From the NCBI GenBank assembly GCA_019650355.1, contig BOWX01000003.1, positions 38,996-102,995 of the forward strand: a DNA stretch of 64,000 nucleotides, written 5' to 3'. A program made the position numbers and the translations under genes. Below, in pieces: positions 18,989-29,527 of the stretch. Under the pieces are notes generated by a model. The model was not told the DNA's origin, searched no databases, and saw nothing but the letters and a program-made list of their open reading frames with translations. This DNA comes from Fidelibacterota bacterium (lineage in GTDB: Bacteria > Fidelibacterota > Marinisomatia > Marinisomatales > Marinisomataceae). The first letter of the stretch is position 1, and every line of letters starts with the position of its first letter.

Positions 18989-20181
18989 TATTTAATAACC
19001 TGTATTGCTTTATTTATTTTGTCTACCAGAAAATCAACTTCTTCAACACTATTATAAAAATAAAAACTGACTCGTGCACATGCTGTTATATTTAGCGCTT
19101 GCATTAATGGTTGACAACAATGGTGGCCAGATCGAATGGTAATTCCTTCGTAATCTAAGAAGTGTGCTAAATCTAGAGAATGAATACCTTCAATATTGAA
19201 ACTTATAATTGGCGTTCTTTCAGGTGGATTTCCATAAATAGATATTCCATTAATTGATTTCATTCTTTCCAGAGAATACTCATTTAATGAATTATCATGT
19301 TTTTCTAAGCATGATTCTAAATAATTTACTGCTTCGGCGAGTGCAATTGCTTGAGCTGCCATAGGAGAACCAGGTTCAAATCTATGTGGAATGCTTGTCC
19401 AAGTAGAATCAGTCATGGTTACAGTTTCAATAATACCTCCACCGGTTTGATATGGACGCATTTTTTCTAAGATTTCTTCTTTGCTATACAAAACACCAAC
19501 TCCAGTAGGCCCAAACATTTTGTGTCCAGAAAAAGCGTAAAAATCACAATCTAAATCTACAACATCTACTCTCATATGAGGAATGCTCTGACACCCATCA
19601 ATCATGATCTTTGAACCATTTTTTTTAACAATATCAATAATCTCTTTAATTGGATTTATTGTACCAAAAACATTCGATGCATGAGTTATACTTACTATTT
19701 TGACATTATTATCTAAAGCATTTCTTAAGTCATCTAAATTAATAGTGCCATGTCCTGTGGATTTAAGATATTTGATTTCTGCACCAGTCTTTTTACAAAT
19801 GACTTGCCATGGAATTATGTTTGAATGATGCTCCATATCAGTAAGCAAAACTACGTCCCCTGATTTTAAATTATCATATCCCCATGATTCAGCAACAAGA
19901 TTGATACTTTCTGTAGCACTCTTTGTAAAAACAATTGAATTTTTTGATGCTCCAATAAAATCAGCAATTCTTTTTCGACTATTTTCGAAAGCATTAGTAG
20001 CTTTTTCGCCTAATTCATACACACTTCTATGAATGCTTCCTCCAAATTTTTCATAATATTCTGATTCAGAATTAATTACCTGCTTTGGGGTTAAACTCGT
20101 AGCTGCGCTATCAAGATAAACTAAAGTTTTTCCTCGATTTTTTTCCTCAAGGTTTGGAAAGTCTTTTCTGATATCTAACAT
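18988..20181 (-). CDS. sufS: Cysteine desulfurase, SufS type
   Basis: PLP motif FSGHKMFGPTGVGVLY. C-terminal RSGHHCCQP active-site loop. 397 aa. Confidence 0.9.
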   Translation of the reverse strand: MLDIRKDFPNLEEKNRGKTLVYLDSAATSLTPKQVINSESEYYEKFGGSIHRSVYELGEKATNAFENSRKRIADFIGASKNSIVFTKSATESINLVAESWGYDNLKSGDVVLLTDMEHHSNIIPWQVICKKTGAEIKYLKSTGHGTINLDDLRNALDNNVKIVSITHASNVFGTINPIKEIIDIVKKNGSKIMIDGCQSIPHMRVDVVDLDCDFYAFSGHKMFGPTGVGVLYSKEEILEKMRPYQTGGGIIETVTMTDSTWTSIPHRFEPGSPMAAQAIALAEAVNYLESCLEKHDNSLNEYSLERMKSINGISIYGNPPERTPIISFNIEGIHSLDLAHFLDYEGITIRSGHHCCQPLMQALNITACARVSFYFYNSVEEVDFLVDKINKAIQVIK

Positions 20182-20187
20182 AATTAT

Positions 20188-20712
20188 TTAATAGAGACCA
20201 AGTTGTAATTTTGCTGCATCGCTCATCATATCTTGATTCCACTGTGGCTCCCATACGAGTTCAACCTCAACTGCTTTCGCCCCACTAAGTGATAATAATT
20301 TTTGTTTTACTTCATCAGCAATTACAGGACCCATTCCACAGCCTGGAGCGGTAAGTGTCATTTGAATTAAAATATTAACTCCGCCTTCTTCTTCTTTAAG
20401 CTCACAATTATAAACTAGGCCAAGATCAACAATATTAACTGGAATTTCAGGATCATAGCATGTATGTAAAACATTCCATACTTCTTCTTCATTTGCAAAA
20501 TTGTTAGAACTTAATTCACGTTTTTCTTCGCCTATTTTTTCACCATCTATACCACTTAATTGGTACATGTTCCCCTCAACTACTATAGTATAATTGTCTC
20601 CCAAAGATTGTGAAATAATACCTGACTTACCTTTTTCTAATGTTGTTCTAATTCCATCAGGAACACTGTGAACTACTATGTCTTCTAATATTGTAAACTC
20701 TTTATGCATCAT
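20188..20712 (-). CDS. sufT: SufT-like Fe-S assembly protein (DUF59 domain with an N-terminal extension)
   Basis: 174 aa. C-terminal DUF59 core (DPEIPVNIVDLGLVY ... LTAPGCGMGP). Confidence 0.6.
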   Translation of the reverse strand: MMHKEFTILEDIVVHSVPDGIRTTLEKGKSGIISQSLGDNYTIVVEGNMYQLSGIDGEKIGEEKRELSSNNFANEEEVWNVLHTCYDPEIPVNIVDLGLVYNCELKEEEGGVNILIQMTLTAPGCGMGPVIADEVKQKLLSLSGAKAVEVELVWEPQWNQDMMSDAAKLQLGLY

Positions 20713-21127
20713 TTAATTCCTTTTTAATATAATCAAGTGACCCTAGAAATCCATTTTGTCTTTGACTAGATATTGCTGGACCAAGATTTAGCCACTCAAA
20801 TAGACTGCTACAATCATCAAAACTATCTATAAAATTAATTATACTCTTTTTTTCTGAATTATTAAAACCAATTTGAAGAATTCGAAGCAAACCTTTAACA
20901 ATTGTACTTTCAGAAAAAGCTTTGATTGTTACAAGATCATTTTCATAACCAAGTTTTAACCAGGTTTGTGAGGTACAAGCATGAATTTTTCTATTTTCAG
21001 TTCGATCAGACTCGTTTATATGATCTAGCTTTTTGCCTAAATCAATTAAATACACCAACTTGTCTTGTCCATCTAAAATAGAAAAGCCATCACGAATATT
21101 TGCGAGATTATTTTTTATATTATCCAT
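20702..21127 (-). CDS. sufE: Cysteine desulfuration protein SufE
   Basis: KIHACTSQTWL active-site Cys motif. I start it at the internal ATG (MDNIKNN...), which overlaps the sufD stop by 8 nt. The ORF-track start 21205 lies inside sufD. Confidence 0.75.
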   Translation of the reverse strand: MDNIKNNLANIRDGFSILDGQDKLVYLIDLGKKLDHINESDRTENRKIHACTSQTWLKLGYENDLVTIKAFSESTIVKGLLRILQIGFNNSEKKSIINFIDSFDDCSSLFEWLNLGPAISSQRQNGFLGSLDYIKKELNDA

Positions 21128-22301
21128 CAATCCAGCTATCCAAAGCAATTTCGGATATATCTTGGAGCGATGAAAGAGAAAAGTCATCAATGACTTCTTT
21201 TGCAAAAGCTTTGATCAATATTTTTTGAGCACTTGAATAGTCAATTCCTCTGGCACGTAGGTAAAAAATACTATTCTCATCCAAAGCACCTGTTGTTGAA
21301 CCATGTCCACAAGAAACATCATCAGCATAGATTTCTAGCTGAGGATTGGAAAATGCATTTGATTCAAGTGAAAGAAGGAGATTCTTATTAGATTGATTTG
21401 AATCAGTTTGTTGCGCTCCTTCAGCAACAATAACTTTGCCATTAAAAACTGCTGTAGACTTATTATCTAAGACATTTCTCACATGTTGAAAGCTTGTACA
21501 ATGTTCAGCGTTGTGATTGATTAAGATATTGTTATCGACATGCTGCTCTTCTTTACCAAGATTTAAAATATTGATTTTAGCATCACTTCCTGAGTTGTTA
21601 AGGTCAACCTCAATAAATTCTTTATTAAAAAAAGAGCTTGTGATTATGGAATCAACACTTAATACAACATCTTTTTTAATTTGATAGTAGTTGTATGATA
21701 ATGAATATGTTTGTGAGTGATCATTAAAAGATTTTCCATATTTGAATATTGTAGAATTTTCACAAATGAATTTGTTTAGCTTCAAATTGAATATTGAATG
21801 GTTTTCTTTAATATCTTCTTCAATGATAGAAATTTCCGACCCTTCATTAATATGAAAAATATTGAAGGAAGATACTCTTTCATTATTGCCGTTTTCAAAA
21901 AAATAATTTTTGATATTAATAACTTCCTCAATAACCGAATTTCTTTTAAACGAAATATAACTCCCATTTTCAAATTCAGATATTCCAAGATTAAACATAG
22001 ATTCTTTCAAAAAATTTTCAGAGCAATACAATAGTTCTTTTTTATTAAGCTCATCTAAGTTTTTAACTTCAAGTAAATCAGAAAATTTAAAATTTTCTAA
22101 TGAATTTTTATCAAGAACCCCATTAACAAATACAATTGATAATTCATCAGATTCAATTTTTTGCTTTTCAGCTTTAGAAGATGATTTATTGAAATTTTTG
22201 AAATTTTTGGATGAAGTAAATTTCCAATTTTCAAGTTTCTTGCTTGGCAGACCATTGGCATTGAAAAATTCTAAACTACTTTTTTTGATTGAGTCGATCA
22301 T
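21120..22301 (-). CDS. sufD: Fe-S cluster assembly protein SufD
   Basis: C-terminal beta-helix region with LEIYADDVSCGHGSTTGALDENSIFYLRARGI. Position between sufC and sufE. Confidence 0.8.
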   Translation of the reverse strand: MIDSIKKSSLEFFNANGLPSKKLENWKFTSSKNFKNFNKSSSKAEKQKIESDELSIVFVNGVLDKNSLENFKFSDLLEVKNLDELNKKELLYCSENFLKESMFNLGISEFENGSYISFKRNSVIEEVINIKNYFFENGNNERVSSFNIFHINEGSEISIIEEDIKENHSIFNLKLNKFICENSTIFKYGKSFNDHSQTYSLSYNYYQIKKDVVLSVDSIITSSFFNKEFIEVDLNNSGSDAKINILNLGKEEQHVDNNILINHNAEHCTSFQHVRNVLDNKSTAVFNGKVIVAEGAQQTDSNQSNKNLLLSLESNAFSNPQLEIYADDVSCGHGSTTGALDENSIFYLRARGIDYSSAQKILIKAFAKEVIDDFSLSSLQDISEIALDSWIDG

Positions 22302-22302
22302 T

Positions 22303-23043
22303 TTATTTTTCTAACCAAGAATATCCATCTTTTTCAACTTTTTCTACAAGAGACATATCTCCAGACTCAACAATTTTTCCATCAATCATTAAATGAACAA
22401 CATCAGGTTTAATATAGTTTAGTAGACGCTGATAGTGAGTAATAATTAATACAGAATTATTTTCATTTTTAAACTTATTAACACCTTTTGCAACTGTTCT
22501 TAATGCATCAACATCTAATCCTGAATCAGTTTCATCTAAAACTGCTAATTTTGGATTTATAGTTAGGAGTTGAAGGATTTCACTTTTCTTTTTTTCTCCT
22601 CCAGAAAAACCATCATTTATAGATCTCTTTAAAAAAGAATCATCAAGTCCTAGTTCTGATAATATTGCTTTAGCATTATTTAAAAATTCTAGTGCATCCA
22701 TTTCATCTTTACCTTGATGTTTTCTATGAGCATTTAATGCAGATCTCAAGAAGTAGGCCATACCTACACCTGGAATAGCAACAGGATATTGAAAACATAA
22801 AAATATGCCCTCTAAAGCTCGATTTTCTATACTCATCTCAGTAATATCAGTATCATTCATAGCAATACTGCCGCTATCGACTTCATAAGCTTCGTTACCA
22901 GCAATTACATTGGCTAATGTACTCTTTCCAGAACCATTTCTACCCATAATTACATGGACTTCTCCAGCTGGTATTTCCATATCAATACCTTTTAATATTG
23001 TTTTATCATCAATCGATGCTTCTAAATTTTTAATTTTAATCAT
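22303..23043 (-). CDS. sufC: Fe-S cluster assembly ATPase SufC
   Basis: Walker A GRNGSGKST. ABC signature FSGGEKKK. Walker B LAVLDETDSGLD. Confidence 0.95.
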   Translation of the reverse strand: MIKIKNLEASIDDKTILKGIDMEIPAGEVHVIMGRNGSGKSTLANVIAGNEAYEVDSGSIAMNDTDITEMSIENRALEGIFLCFQYPVAIPGVGMAYFLRSALNAHRKHQGKDEMDALEFLNNAKAILSELGLDDSFLKRSINDGFSGGEKKKSEILQLLTINPKLAVLDETDSGLDVDALRTVAKGVNKFKNENNSVLIITHYQRLLNYIKPDVVHLMIDGKIVESGDMSLVEKVEKDGYSWLEK

Positions 23044-23047
23044 TTTA

Positions 23048-24493
23048 TTATCCTACACTATTTTCAAGGGTTACTTCAATTAATTGTTTTGCTTCAACAG
23101 CAAATTCCATGGGTAGTTCTTCAAAAACTTCTTTGCAAAATCCATTTACAATCATTGAAACAGCATCATCAAGCTTTATACCTCTTTGATTGCAGTAGAA
23201 CAGTTGATCTTCACCAATACTAGAAGTGGTAGCTTCATGCTCCATTTTTGCTGATGGATTTTTTACATCAATATATGGAAAAGTATGGGCCCCACACTTG
23301 TCTCCAATCAAAATAGAATCACATTGCGAGAAATTTTGAGCATTTTCTGCATTTTTTAAAATTTTAACCCCGCCGCGATAAGTATTTTGACCTTCACCAG
23401 CTGATATACCCTTAGTTATAATGGTGCTTTTTGTATTTTTACCAATATGAATCATTTTGGTACCAGTATCAGCCTGCTGTTTATTTTTTGTCACAGCTAC
23501 TGAATAGAATTCACCGACACTATTATCACCTTGCATGATTACGCTTGGATATTTCCATGTAATTGCAGAACCAGTTTCAACTTGTGTCCATGAAATTTTG
23601 GAATTATCCCCAAGACAATTTCCTCTTTTAGTAACAAAATTATAGATTCCACCTTTACCATCTTTATCCCCAGAAAACCAGTTCTGAATAGTGGAATACT
23701 TGATAGTAGCATCTTTGTGCGCAACAAGTTCCACGCATGCAGCATGTAATTGATTCTCATCTCTCATTGGTGCCGTACATCCTTCTAAATAGCTTACATA
23801 ACTACCTTCATCAGCAATAATGAGAGTTCGCTCAAATTGACCGGTGTTTGTAGCATTAATTCTAAAATAAGTTGATAGCTCCATTGGGCAACGAACACCT
23901 TTTGGGATATAAACAAATGAACCATCACTAAAAACAGCCGAATTTAAAGCAGCAAAATAATTATCTGTTGCAGGTATAACTGAGCCCAAATATTTTTTTA
24001 TTAATTCAGGATGATCTTGAACTGCTTCCGAAAAAGAGCAAAATATTACACCATGTTTGGCAAGCTCATCTTTAAAGGTAGTTGCAATGGATACACTATC
24101 AAAAACAGCGTCCACAGCAACACCTTCTAATCTTTTTTGCTCATCAAGTGAAATACCTAGCTTATTGTATGTTTCTAAAATTTCAGGATCAACATCATCC
24201 AAACTGTCATTCTTTTTTTGTTTAGGAGCAGCATAATAGCTTAATGCTTGATAGTCGATTGGTTCATAATCAATCTTTGCCCAAGTTGGTTCTGACATTT
24301 TTTTCCAATTCTTAAACGCTTTCAGTCTCCATTCGAGCAGCCATTCAGGTTCATTTTTTATCTTAGAAAGCTTAGCTATGACCTCTTCATCTAAACCTGG
24401 TTCAAATTTTGTTTGATCTACATCTGTTGTAAATCCATATTTGTATTCTTGCTCGAGTGTTTTATCTATTACCTGTTGATTTTTATCTACCAT
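23048..24493 (-). CDS. sufB: Fe-S cluster assembly scaffold SufB
   Basis: 481 aa. Conserved [33 protein letters not shown] and FCKEV motifs. Confidence 0.95.
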   Translation of the reverse strand: MVDKNQQVIDKTLEQEYKYGFTTDVDQTKFEPGLDEEVIAKLSKIKNEPEWLLEWRLKAFKNWKKMSEPTWAKIDYEPIDYQALSYYAAPKQKKNDSLDDVDPEILETYNKLGISLDEQKRLEGVAVDAVFDSVSIATTFKDELAKHGVIFCSFSEAVQDHPELIKKYLGSVIPATDNYFAALNSAVFSDGSFVYIPKGVRCPMELSTYFRINATNTGQFERTLIIADEGSYVSYLEGCTAPMRDENQLHAACVELVAHKDATIKYSTIQNWFSGDKDGKGGIYNFVTKRGNCLGDNSKISWTQVETGSAITWKYPSVIMQGDNSVGEFYSVAVTKNKQQADTGTKMIHIGKNTKSTIITKGISAGEGQNTYRGGVKILKNAENAQNFSQCDSILIGDKCGAHTFPYIDVKNPSAKMEHEATTSSIGEDQLFYCNQRGIKLDDAVSMIVNGFCKEVFEELPMEFAVEAKQLIEVTLENSVG

Positions 24494-24495
24494 AA

Positions 24496-24843
24496 TTATG
24501 CTGAAAAGCTAATACCGCAACCACATGTTCTTGTAGCATTTGGATTATTAACCTTAAATCCTCCGTTAAGTAAATCTGTTGAAAAATCTATTTCACAACC
24601 TCTGACATATATCCAACTTTTAACATCACAAAATATTGAAATTCCGTGGCTATCAAAGACTTTATCAAATTCTTGTTTTTCACTTTCAAATGTTATTTTA
24701 TAAGACATACCGGAGCAGCCACCAGTGTCGATTGTTACTCTGATACCCTTTGTATCAGTTTCTTCATTCTCGATTATATTTTTTAATCTAGAAGCAGCTT
24801 TTTCAGTAATACTAATTTTTTGATTTTTAAGTTCTTCACTCAT
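24496..24843 (-). CDS. sufA: HesB/IscA-family A-type Fe-S carrier
   Basis: GGCSGMSY plus the C-terminal CGCGxSF motif. 115 aa. Confidence 0.85.
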   Translation of the reverse strand: MSEELKNQKISITEKAASRLKNIIENEETDTKGIRVTIDTGGCSGMSYKITFESEKQEFDKVFDSHGISIFCDVKSWIYVRGCEIDFSTDLLNGGFKVNNPNATRTCGCGISFSA

Positions 24844-25154
24844 TATAATCCTAATTTTACTTTACCTTCCTCTGTCATCATTTCTGGGTTCCATGGCGGA
24901 TCAAATGTAAGTTCCACATCAACTCTTGAAATGGAATCAATTGATGTCATTTTATTTTTAATGTCATCAATCATATATTGACCCATTGTGCATCCAGGAG
25001 TAGTGAGAGACATAACAATATCTACCGAGAATTTTTCACCTTCTTCATTGATTTTCAAGTCATAAATTAATCCAAGATTCCACAGATCTATTGGAAGCTC
25101 TGGATCATTACATTGCTTGAGTACTTCAACCACATTATTTCTTATGTTTTTCAT
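24843..25154 (-). CDS. DUF59 (MIP18/SufT-like) small Fe-S assembly protein, first gene of the suf cluster
   Basis: 103 aa. DPELPIDLWNLGLIY and LTTPGCTMG motifs. Confidence 0.7.
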   Translation of the reverse strand: MKNIRNNVVEVLKQCNDPELPIDLWNLGLIYDLKINEEGEKFSVDIVMSLTTPGCTMGQYMIDDIKNKMTSIDSISRVDVELTFDPPWNPEMMTEEGKVKLGL

Positions 25155-25276
25155 ATAAGGGAAGGAATTTAATTACCATAAGATTTATGTCCTATAGTTT
25201 TAGAAAAATTTTAATTTTCATACTAATTGCTATGTTAAATTCCATAATGTAAATTGTTTCTCATTTGGAGAAAAAA

Positions 25277-27124
25277 ATGGCTAAAAATGTAAGCAATAAA
25301 ACAATCGACAATGTTACTATTAGATTTGCAGGTGACTCTGGAGATGGTATGCAGTTAAGTGGTGGAAGATTTACACAAACTTCTGCTGTTGTTGGAAACG
25401 ATTTAAGTACACTACCTGATTTTCCTGCAGAAATTCGTGCTCCTGCAGGTTCTTTGGCAGGTGTTAGCTCTTTTCAAATTCATTTTAGCTCGCAGGAAAT
25501 TCATACCCCTGGAGAGAAGCCTGATGTCTTAGTTGCAATGAATCCAGCAGCCTTAAAAGTACATTTAAAAGATTTGGTTCCCGGTGGTACTTTAATTGTT
25601 AATAAAAATGCTTTTACAAAGAAAAATTTAACGTTAGCTGGCTATGAAGATGATCCTACAGAGGATGGATCTTTAGTAGATTATTATTCAACTCATTTTA
25701 TCGAAATGGGCAAGCTTGTTACCAATGCTTGTGAAGGAATAGACATTCCATCAAAAATGGTCGATCGAACAAAAAACTTATGCGCTCTAGGAGTTTTATT
25801 TTGGATGTATGATAGACCGCTTGAACCTACAATCGACTGGCTAAATCAAAAATTTAAATCAAAGCCTGATATTATTGAAGCCAACGTAAGAGCGTTAAAT
25901 GCAGGATATAATTATGGGGATACTGCTGAAATATTTACTACAAGATATATAGTTGAAAAAGCTAAGCTACCAAAAGGTAAGTACAGGAATATGAACGGAA
26001 CACTTGCTTCGTGTTTGGGTATTTTAACTGCTGCTGAAAAAAGTAACTTAGGCATTACATTTGCCGGCTATCCAATCACTCCTGCAAGTAATATTTTGCA
26101 TACACTTTCTAACTGGAAGCAGTTTGGGATAAAAACTTATCAAGCAGAAGACGAAATTGCTGGAATTGGTGCTGCTCTAGGCGCCTCATATGGTGGGGCT
26201 CTTGGGATAACAGCTTCATCGGGTCCAGGTATTGCATTGAAATCAGAATTTTTAGGTCTAGCAGTAATGACTGAACTACCATTAGTAGTTATTAACGTTC
26301 AAAGGGGTGGTCCTAGTACAGGTTTACCAACAAAAACTGAACAATCTGATTTGTTTCAAGCTGTTTATGGAAGAAATGGCGAAGCTCCTATACCTGTAAT
26401 TGCGCCAACTACACCTGGAGATTGTTTTTTTGCGACCTATGAAGCATGTAGATTAGCTGTCAAGTATATGACTCCTGTAATGGTATTGTCAGATGGGTAT
26501 TTAGTTAACGGTTCTGAACCATGGTTGATACCTGATCCAAATAAATTAGAAGATTTTAAGGTAGAGTTTGCTAGAGAAAATGAAGATGAAAAATTCCTTC
26601 CATATAAAAGAGATGAAAAAACTTTAGCTAGAAATTGGGCTATTCCAGGTACTAAGGGTTTAGAACACAGAATTGGTGGATTGGAAAAACAAGATATAAC
26701 TGGAAATGTAAACTATGATTCTGATAACCATCAAAAAATGGTTGAGATTAGAGCTCAAAAAATTGCAAATATTGCTAATGAGCTTCCTGAAACAAAAGTT
26801 TTTGGTGAAAAAAGTGGAGATGTGCTTATTTTAAGTTGGGGAAGTTCTCATGGTGCGTGTAGAGCAGCTACAGAATCTTTATTATCTGAAAATCTAAAAG
26901 TCGGTCATGTTTCAATTAATTGGATTTCTCCTTTACCTAAAGACTTGGTTGAAATATTGAATAATTATAAGAAAGTTTTAATTCCAGAAGTCAATACAGG
27001 ACAATTTAGACAAATTATTCGAGCAGAATATTTAGTTGATGCAATTGGACTAAATGAAGTTCAAGGAAAACCTCTTGGTGCATCAAAAATTGAAGAAAAA
27101 GTAAAGGATTTAATCAATGGTTGA
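25277..27124 (+). CDS. korA: 2-oxoglutarate (2-oxoacid):ferredoxin oxidoreductase alpha subunit
   Basis: RFAGDSGDGMQ N-terminal motif, YPITPAS, and GGPSTGLPTKTEQSDL. ATG at 25277 with GGAG upstream (the ORF-track TTG is at 25265). Confidence 0.85.
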   Translation: MAKNVSNKTIDNVTIRFAGDSGDGMQLSGGRFTQTSAVVGNDLSTLPDFPAEIRAPAGSLAGVSSFQIHFSSQEIHTPGEKPDVLVAMNPAALKVHLKDLVPGGTLIVNKNAFTKKNLTLAGYEDDPTEDGSLVDYYSTHFIEMGKLVTNACEGIDIPSKMVDRTKNLCALGVLFWMYDRPLEPTIDWLNQKFKSKPDIIEANVRALNAGYNYGDTAEIFTTRYIVEKAKLPKGKYRNMNGTLASCLGILTAAEKSNLGITFAGYPITPASNILHTLSNWKQFGIKTYQAEDEIAGIGAALGASYGGALGITASSGPGIALKSEFLGLAVMTELPLVVINVQRGGPSTGLPTKTEQSDLFQAVYGRNGEAPIPVIAPTTPGDCFFATYEACRLAVKYMTPVMVLSDGYLVNGSEPWLIPDPNKLEDFKVEFARENEDEKFLPYKRDEKTLARNWAIPGTKGLEHRIGGLEKQDITGNVNYDSDNHQKMVEIRAQKIANIANELPETKVFGEKSGDVLILSWGSSHGACRAATESLLSENLKVGHVSINWISPLPKDLVEILNNYKKVLIPEVNTGQFRQIIRAEYLVDAIGLNEVQGKPLGASKIEEKVKDLING

Positions 27125-28130
27125 TAAACCAATATTAAAAAAAGCAGATTTTGAATCAGATCAGGCAGTTAGATGGTGCCCAGGATGTGGAGATTATGCA
27201 ATTCTTGCTCAAACTCAGAAAATTTTTCCTGAAATAACTACTGAAAAAGAGAAAGTTGTATTTATATCAGGTATTGGTTGTTCAAGCCGATTCCCATACT
27301 ATATGAATACTTATGGATTTCATACCATTCATGGAAGAGCTCCAACAGTAGCGAGTGGATTAAAAATTTCAAATCCAGATTTATCTGTTTGGCTTGTTAC
27401 TGGAGATGGTGATGGGTTTTCAATTGGTGGAAATCATATGATTCATCTTTTGAGAAGAAATGTTGATTTAAATGTCATGTTATTTAATAATCGTATTTAT
27501 GGATTAACAAAAGGGCAATATTCTCCAACTTCAGAACAAGGTAAAATAACTTATTCCACACCGATGGGATCTTTAGACTATCCATTTAATCCAACAAAAT
27601 TAGCTTTGGGTGCTAGAGGTGCATTTGTTGCTAAAACCATAGATAGAGACTTAAAACATTTACAAAGTATGATAAAGAGAGCAAGTGAGCATCGCGGAAC
27701 TTCTTTTATTGAGATTTACCAAAATTGTAACATTTTTAATGATGGCGCTTTCTCAGAACTAACTGATAAAGAAACTAAATCTGAAAGAGTTTTGAAAGTT
27801 GAGCACGGAGAACCAATGATTTTTGGTAAAGAAAATAATAAAGGAATTCATCTTGATGGAATCAAGCCTCAAGTAGTTACCATTGGAGATAAACATTCAA
27901 TAGAAGATATTTTAGTTCATGATGAAACCGATGCTTTCATTGGAGATATGCTTTCTAATTTTACTGCAAGTGATACTTTCCCAGAACCTTTGGGAGTATT
28001 ATATTGTGTTGAGAGACCAACTTATGATGATATGATGGTAGATCAGATGAAACAAGCAGAAAAAAATACTAAAGGTCCAAAAAGTGTTAACGATTTACTT
28101 AATGCTGGAGATACCTGGGAGGTAAAATAA
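27117..28130 (+). CDS. korB: 2-oxoglutarate:ferredoxin oxidoreductase beta subunit (TPP-binding)
   Basis: WCPGCGDY, GIGCSSR and GDGDGFSIGGNH TPP motifs. 8-nt overlap with korA. Confidence 0.85.
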   Translation: MVDKPILKKADFESDQAVRWCPGCGDYAILAQTQKIFPEITTEKEKVVFISGIGCSSRFPYYMNTYGFHTIHGRAPTVASGLKISNPDLSVWLVTGDGDGFSIGGNHMIHLLRRNVDLNVMLFNNRIYGLTKGQYSPTSEQGKITYSTPMGSLDYPFNPTKLALGARGAFVAKTIDRDLKHLQSMIKRASEHRGTSFIEIYQNCNIFNDGAFSELTDKETKSERVLKVEHGEPMIFGKENNKGIHLDGIKPQVVTIGDKHSIEDILVHDETDAFIGDMLSNFTASDTFPEPLGVLYCVERPTYDDMMVDQMKQAEKNTKGPKSVNDLLNAGDTWEVK

Positions 28131-29527
28131 TGTCCTTCAGGATCGAGCAAGACAGCATAGGTAAAATAAAAGTTCCTTCAAAAGCATATTATGGTGCTCA
28201 AACTCAAAGGGCAATACAAAATTTCGAAATTGGATGGTCTATGGAATTCAGCTTAATTCTTCCTTATATCATAGTAAAAAAATGTGCTGCAAAGACAAAT
28301 TATGCTCAAAAAAATCTTTCAAAAAAATTGTCTGATGCAATTATTAAAGCATGCAATCATATTTTAGATAACCCCGAGCAATATTTAAATGATTTCCCAG
28401 TACCAGTTTTTCAAACTGGAAGTGGTACTCAAACAAATATGAACGTAAATGAAGTGGTTGCAAACAAAGCAAATGAAATTCTTGGTGCTAAGTTAGGTTC
28501 TTACAAGTTTGTTCATCCAAATGATCATGTAAATATGTCACAATCTACAAATGATACTTTTCCAACAGCAATTTTAATTGGAAGCGTGATATCATCTCAG
28601 GATAATTTACTTCCTGCACTTTCTTTATTGGAGAAATCTTTGGTTGTTAAATCGAAAGAATTTCACAAAATAATTAAAGTCGGAAGAACTCATCTTCAGG
28701 ATGCAACACCGATTCGATTAGGGCAAGAGTTTTCTGGTTATGCATCAATGATTAAAAATGATATTTCAAGAATTAAGCATGCTTTAAAAGAATGTAGCGA
28801 TTTACCTGTTGGAGGTACAGCTGTTGGAACAGGAATTAATACTCTAAGTGGTTTTGATGAGTTAATGTGTTCATTTATTTCTGAAGAAACGGGACTTTCA
28901 TTTAACGTATGTAAGAATAAATTTGAATTATTATCTTCTCAAAATGCTATATCTAATTTATCAGCACAGATTCGAATTTGTGCAGGATCACTAAATAAAA
29001 TTGCTAATGACATCCGATGGTTAGCATGTGGACCAATGGCTGGAATAGGAGAATTAATACTTCCATCTAATGAGCCTGGCAGCTCTATAATGCCTGGAAA
29101 AGTGAATCCAACACAATGTGAAGCTGTAAATATGGTTTATGCTCAAATTTTAGGAAATGATGCTACAGTAAATTATGCTGGTACAAATGGTAATTTTGAA
29201 CTTAATACGTATAGACCAATTATTGCTTCATCAATTCATGAATCGATTTCATTATTATCTGAAGTTGCTGAATCTTTTACACTAAATGCACTTGATGGAT
29301 TAAAAGCTAATGAGAAAAAAATTAAAGAAAATTTAGATAAGTCTTTAATGCTTGTAACAGCACTTGCTCCAAAAATTGGATATGAAAAGGCAGCTGAGAT
29401 TGCTAAAAAAGCTTTAAAAGAAAATATTTCTCTTAAACAAAGTGCAAAAGCTTTGGGACATTTATCGGAACAAGAATTTGATAAAATTGTTAAACCAGAA
29501 TTAATGGTTACACCCAAAAAAGCATGA
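28130..29527 (+). CDS. fumC: Class II fumarate hydratase
   Basis: GSSIMPGKVNPTQCEA signature and QTGSGTQTNMN. 465 aa. Confidence 0.95.
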   Translation: MSFRIEQDSIGKIKVPSKAYYGAQTQRAIQNFEIGWSMEFSLILPYIIVKKCAAKTNYAQKNLSKKLSDAIIKACNHILDNPEQYLNDFPVPVFQTGSGTQTNMNVNEVVANKANEILGAKLGSYKFVHPNDHVNMSQSTNDTFPTAILIGSVISSQDNLLPALSLLEKSLVVKSKEFHKIIKVGRTHLQDATPIRLGQEFSGYASMIKNDISRIKHALKECSDLPVGGTAVGTGINTLSGFDELMCSFISEETGLSFNVCKNKFELLSSQNAISNLSAQIRICAGSLNKIANDIRWLACGPMAGIGELILPSNEPGSSIMPGKVNPTQCEAVNMVYAQILGNDATVNYAGTNGNFELNTYRPIIASSIHESISLLSEVAESFTLNALDGLKANEKKIKENLDKSLMLVTALAPKIGYEKAAEIAKKALKENISLKQSAKALGHLSEQEFDKIVKPELMVTPKKA

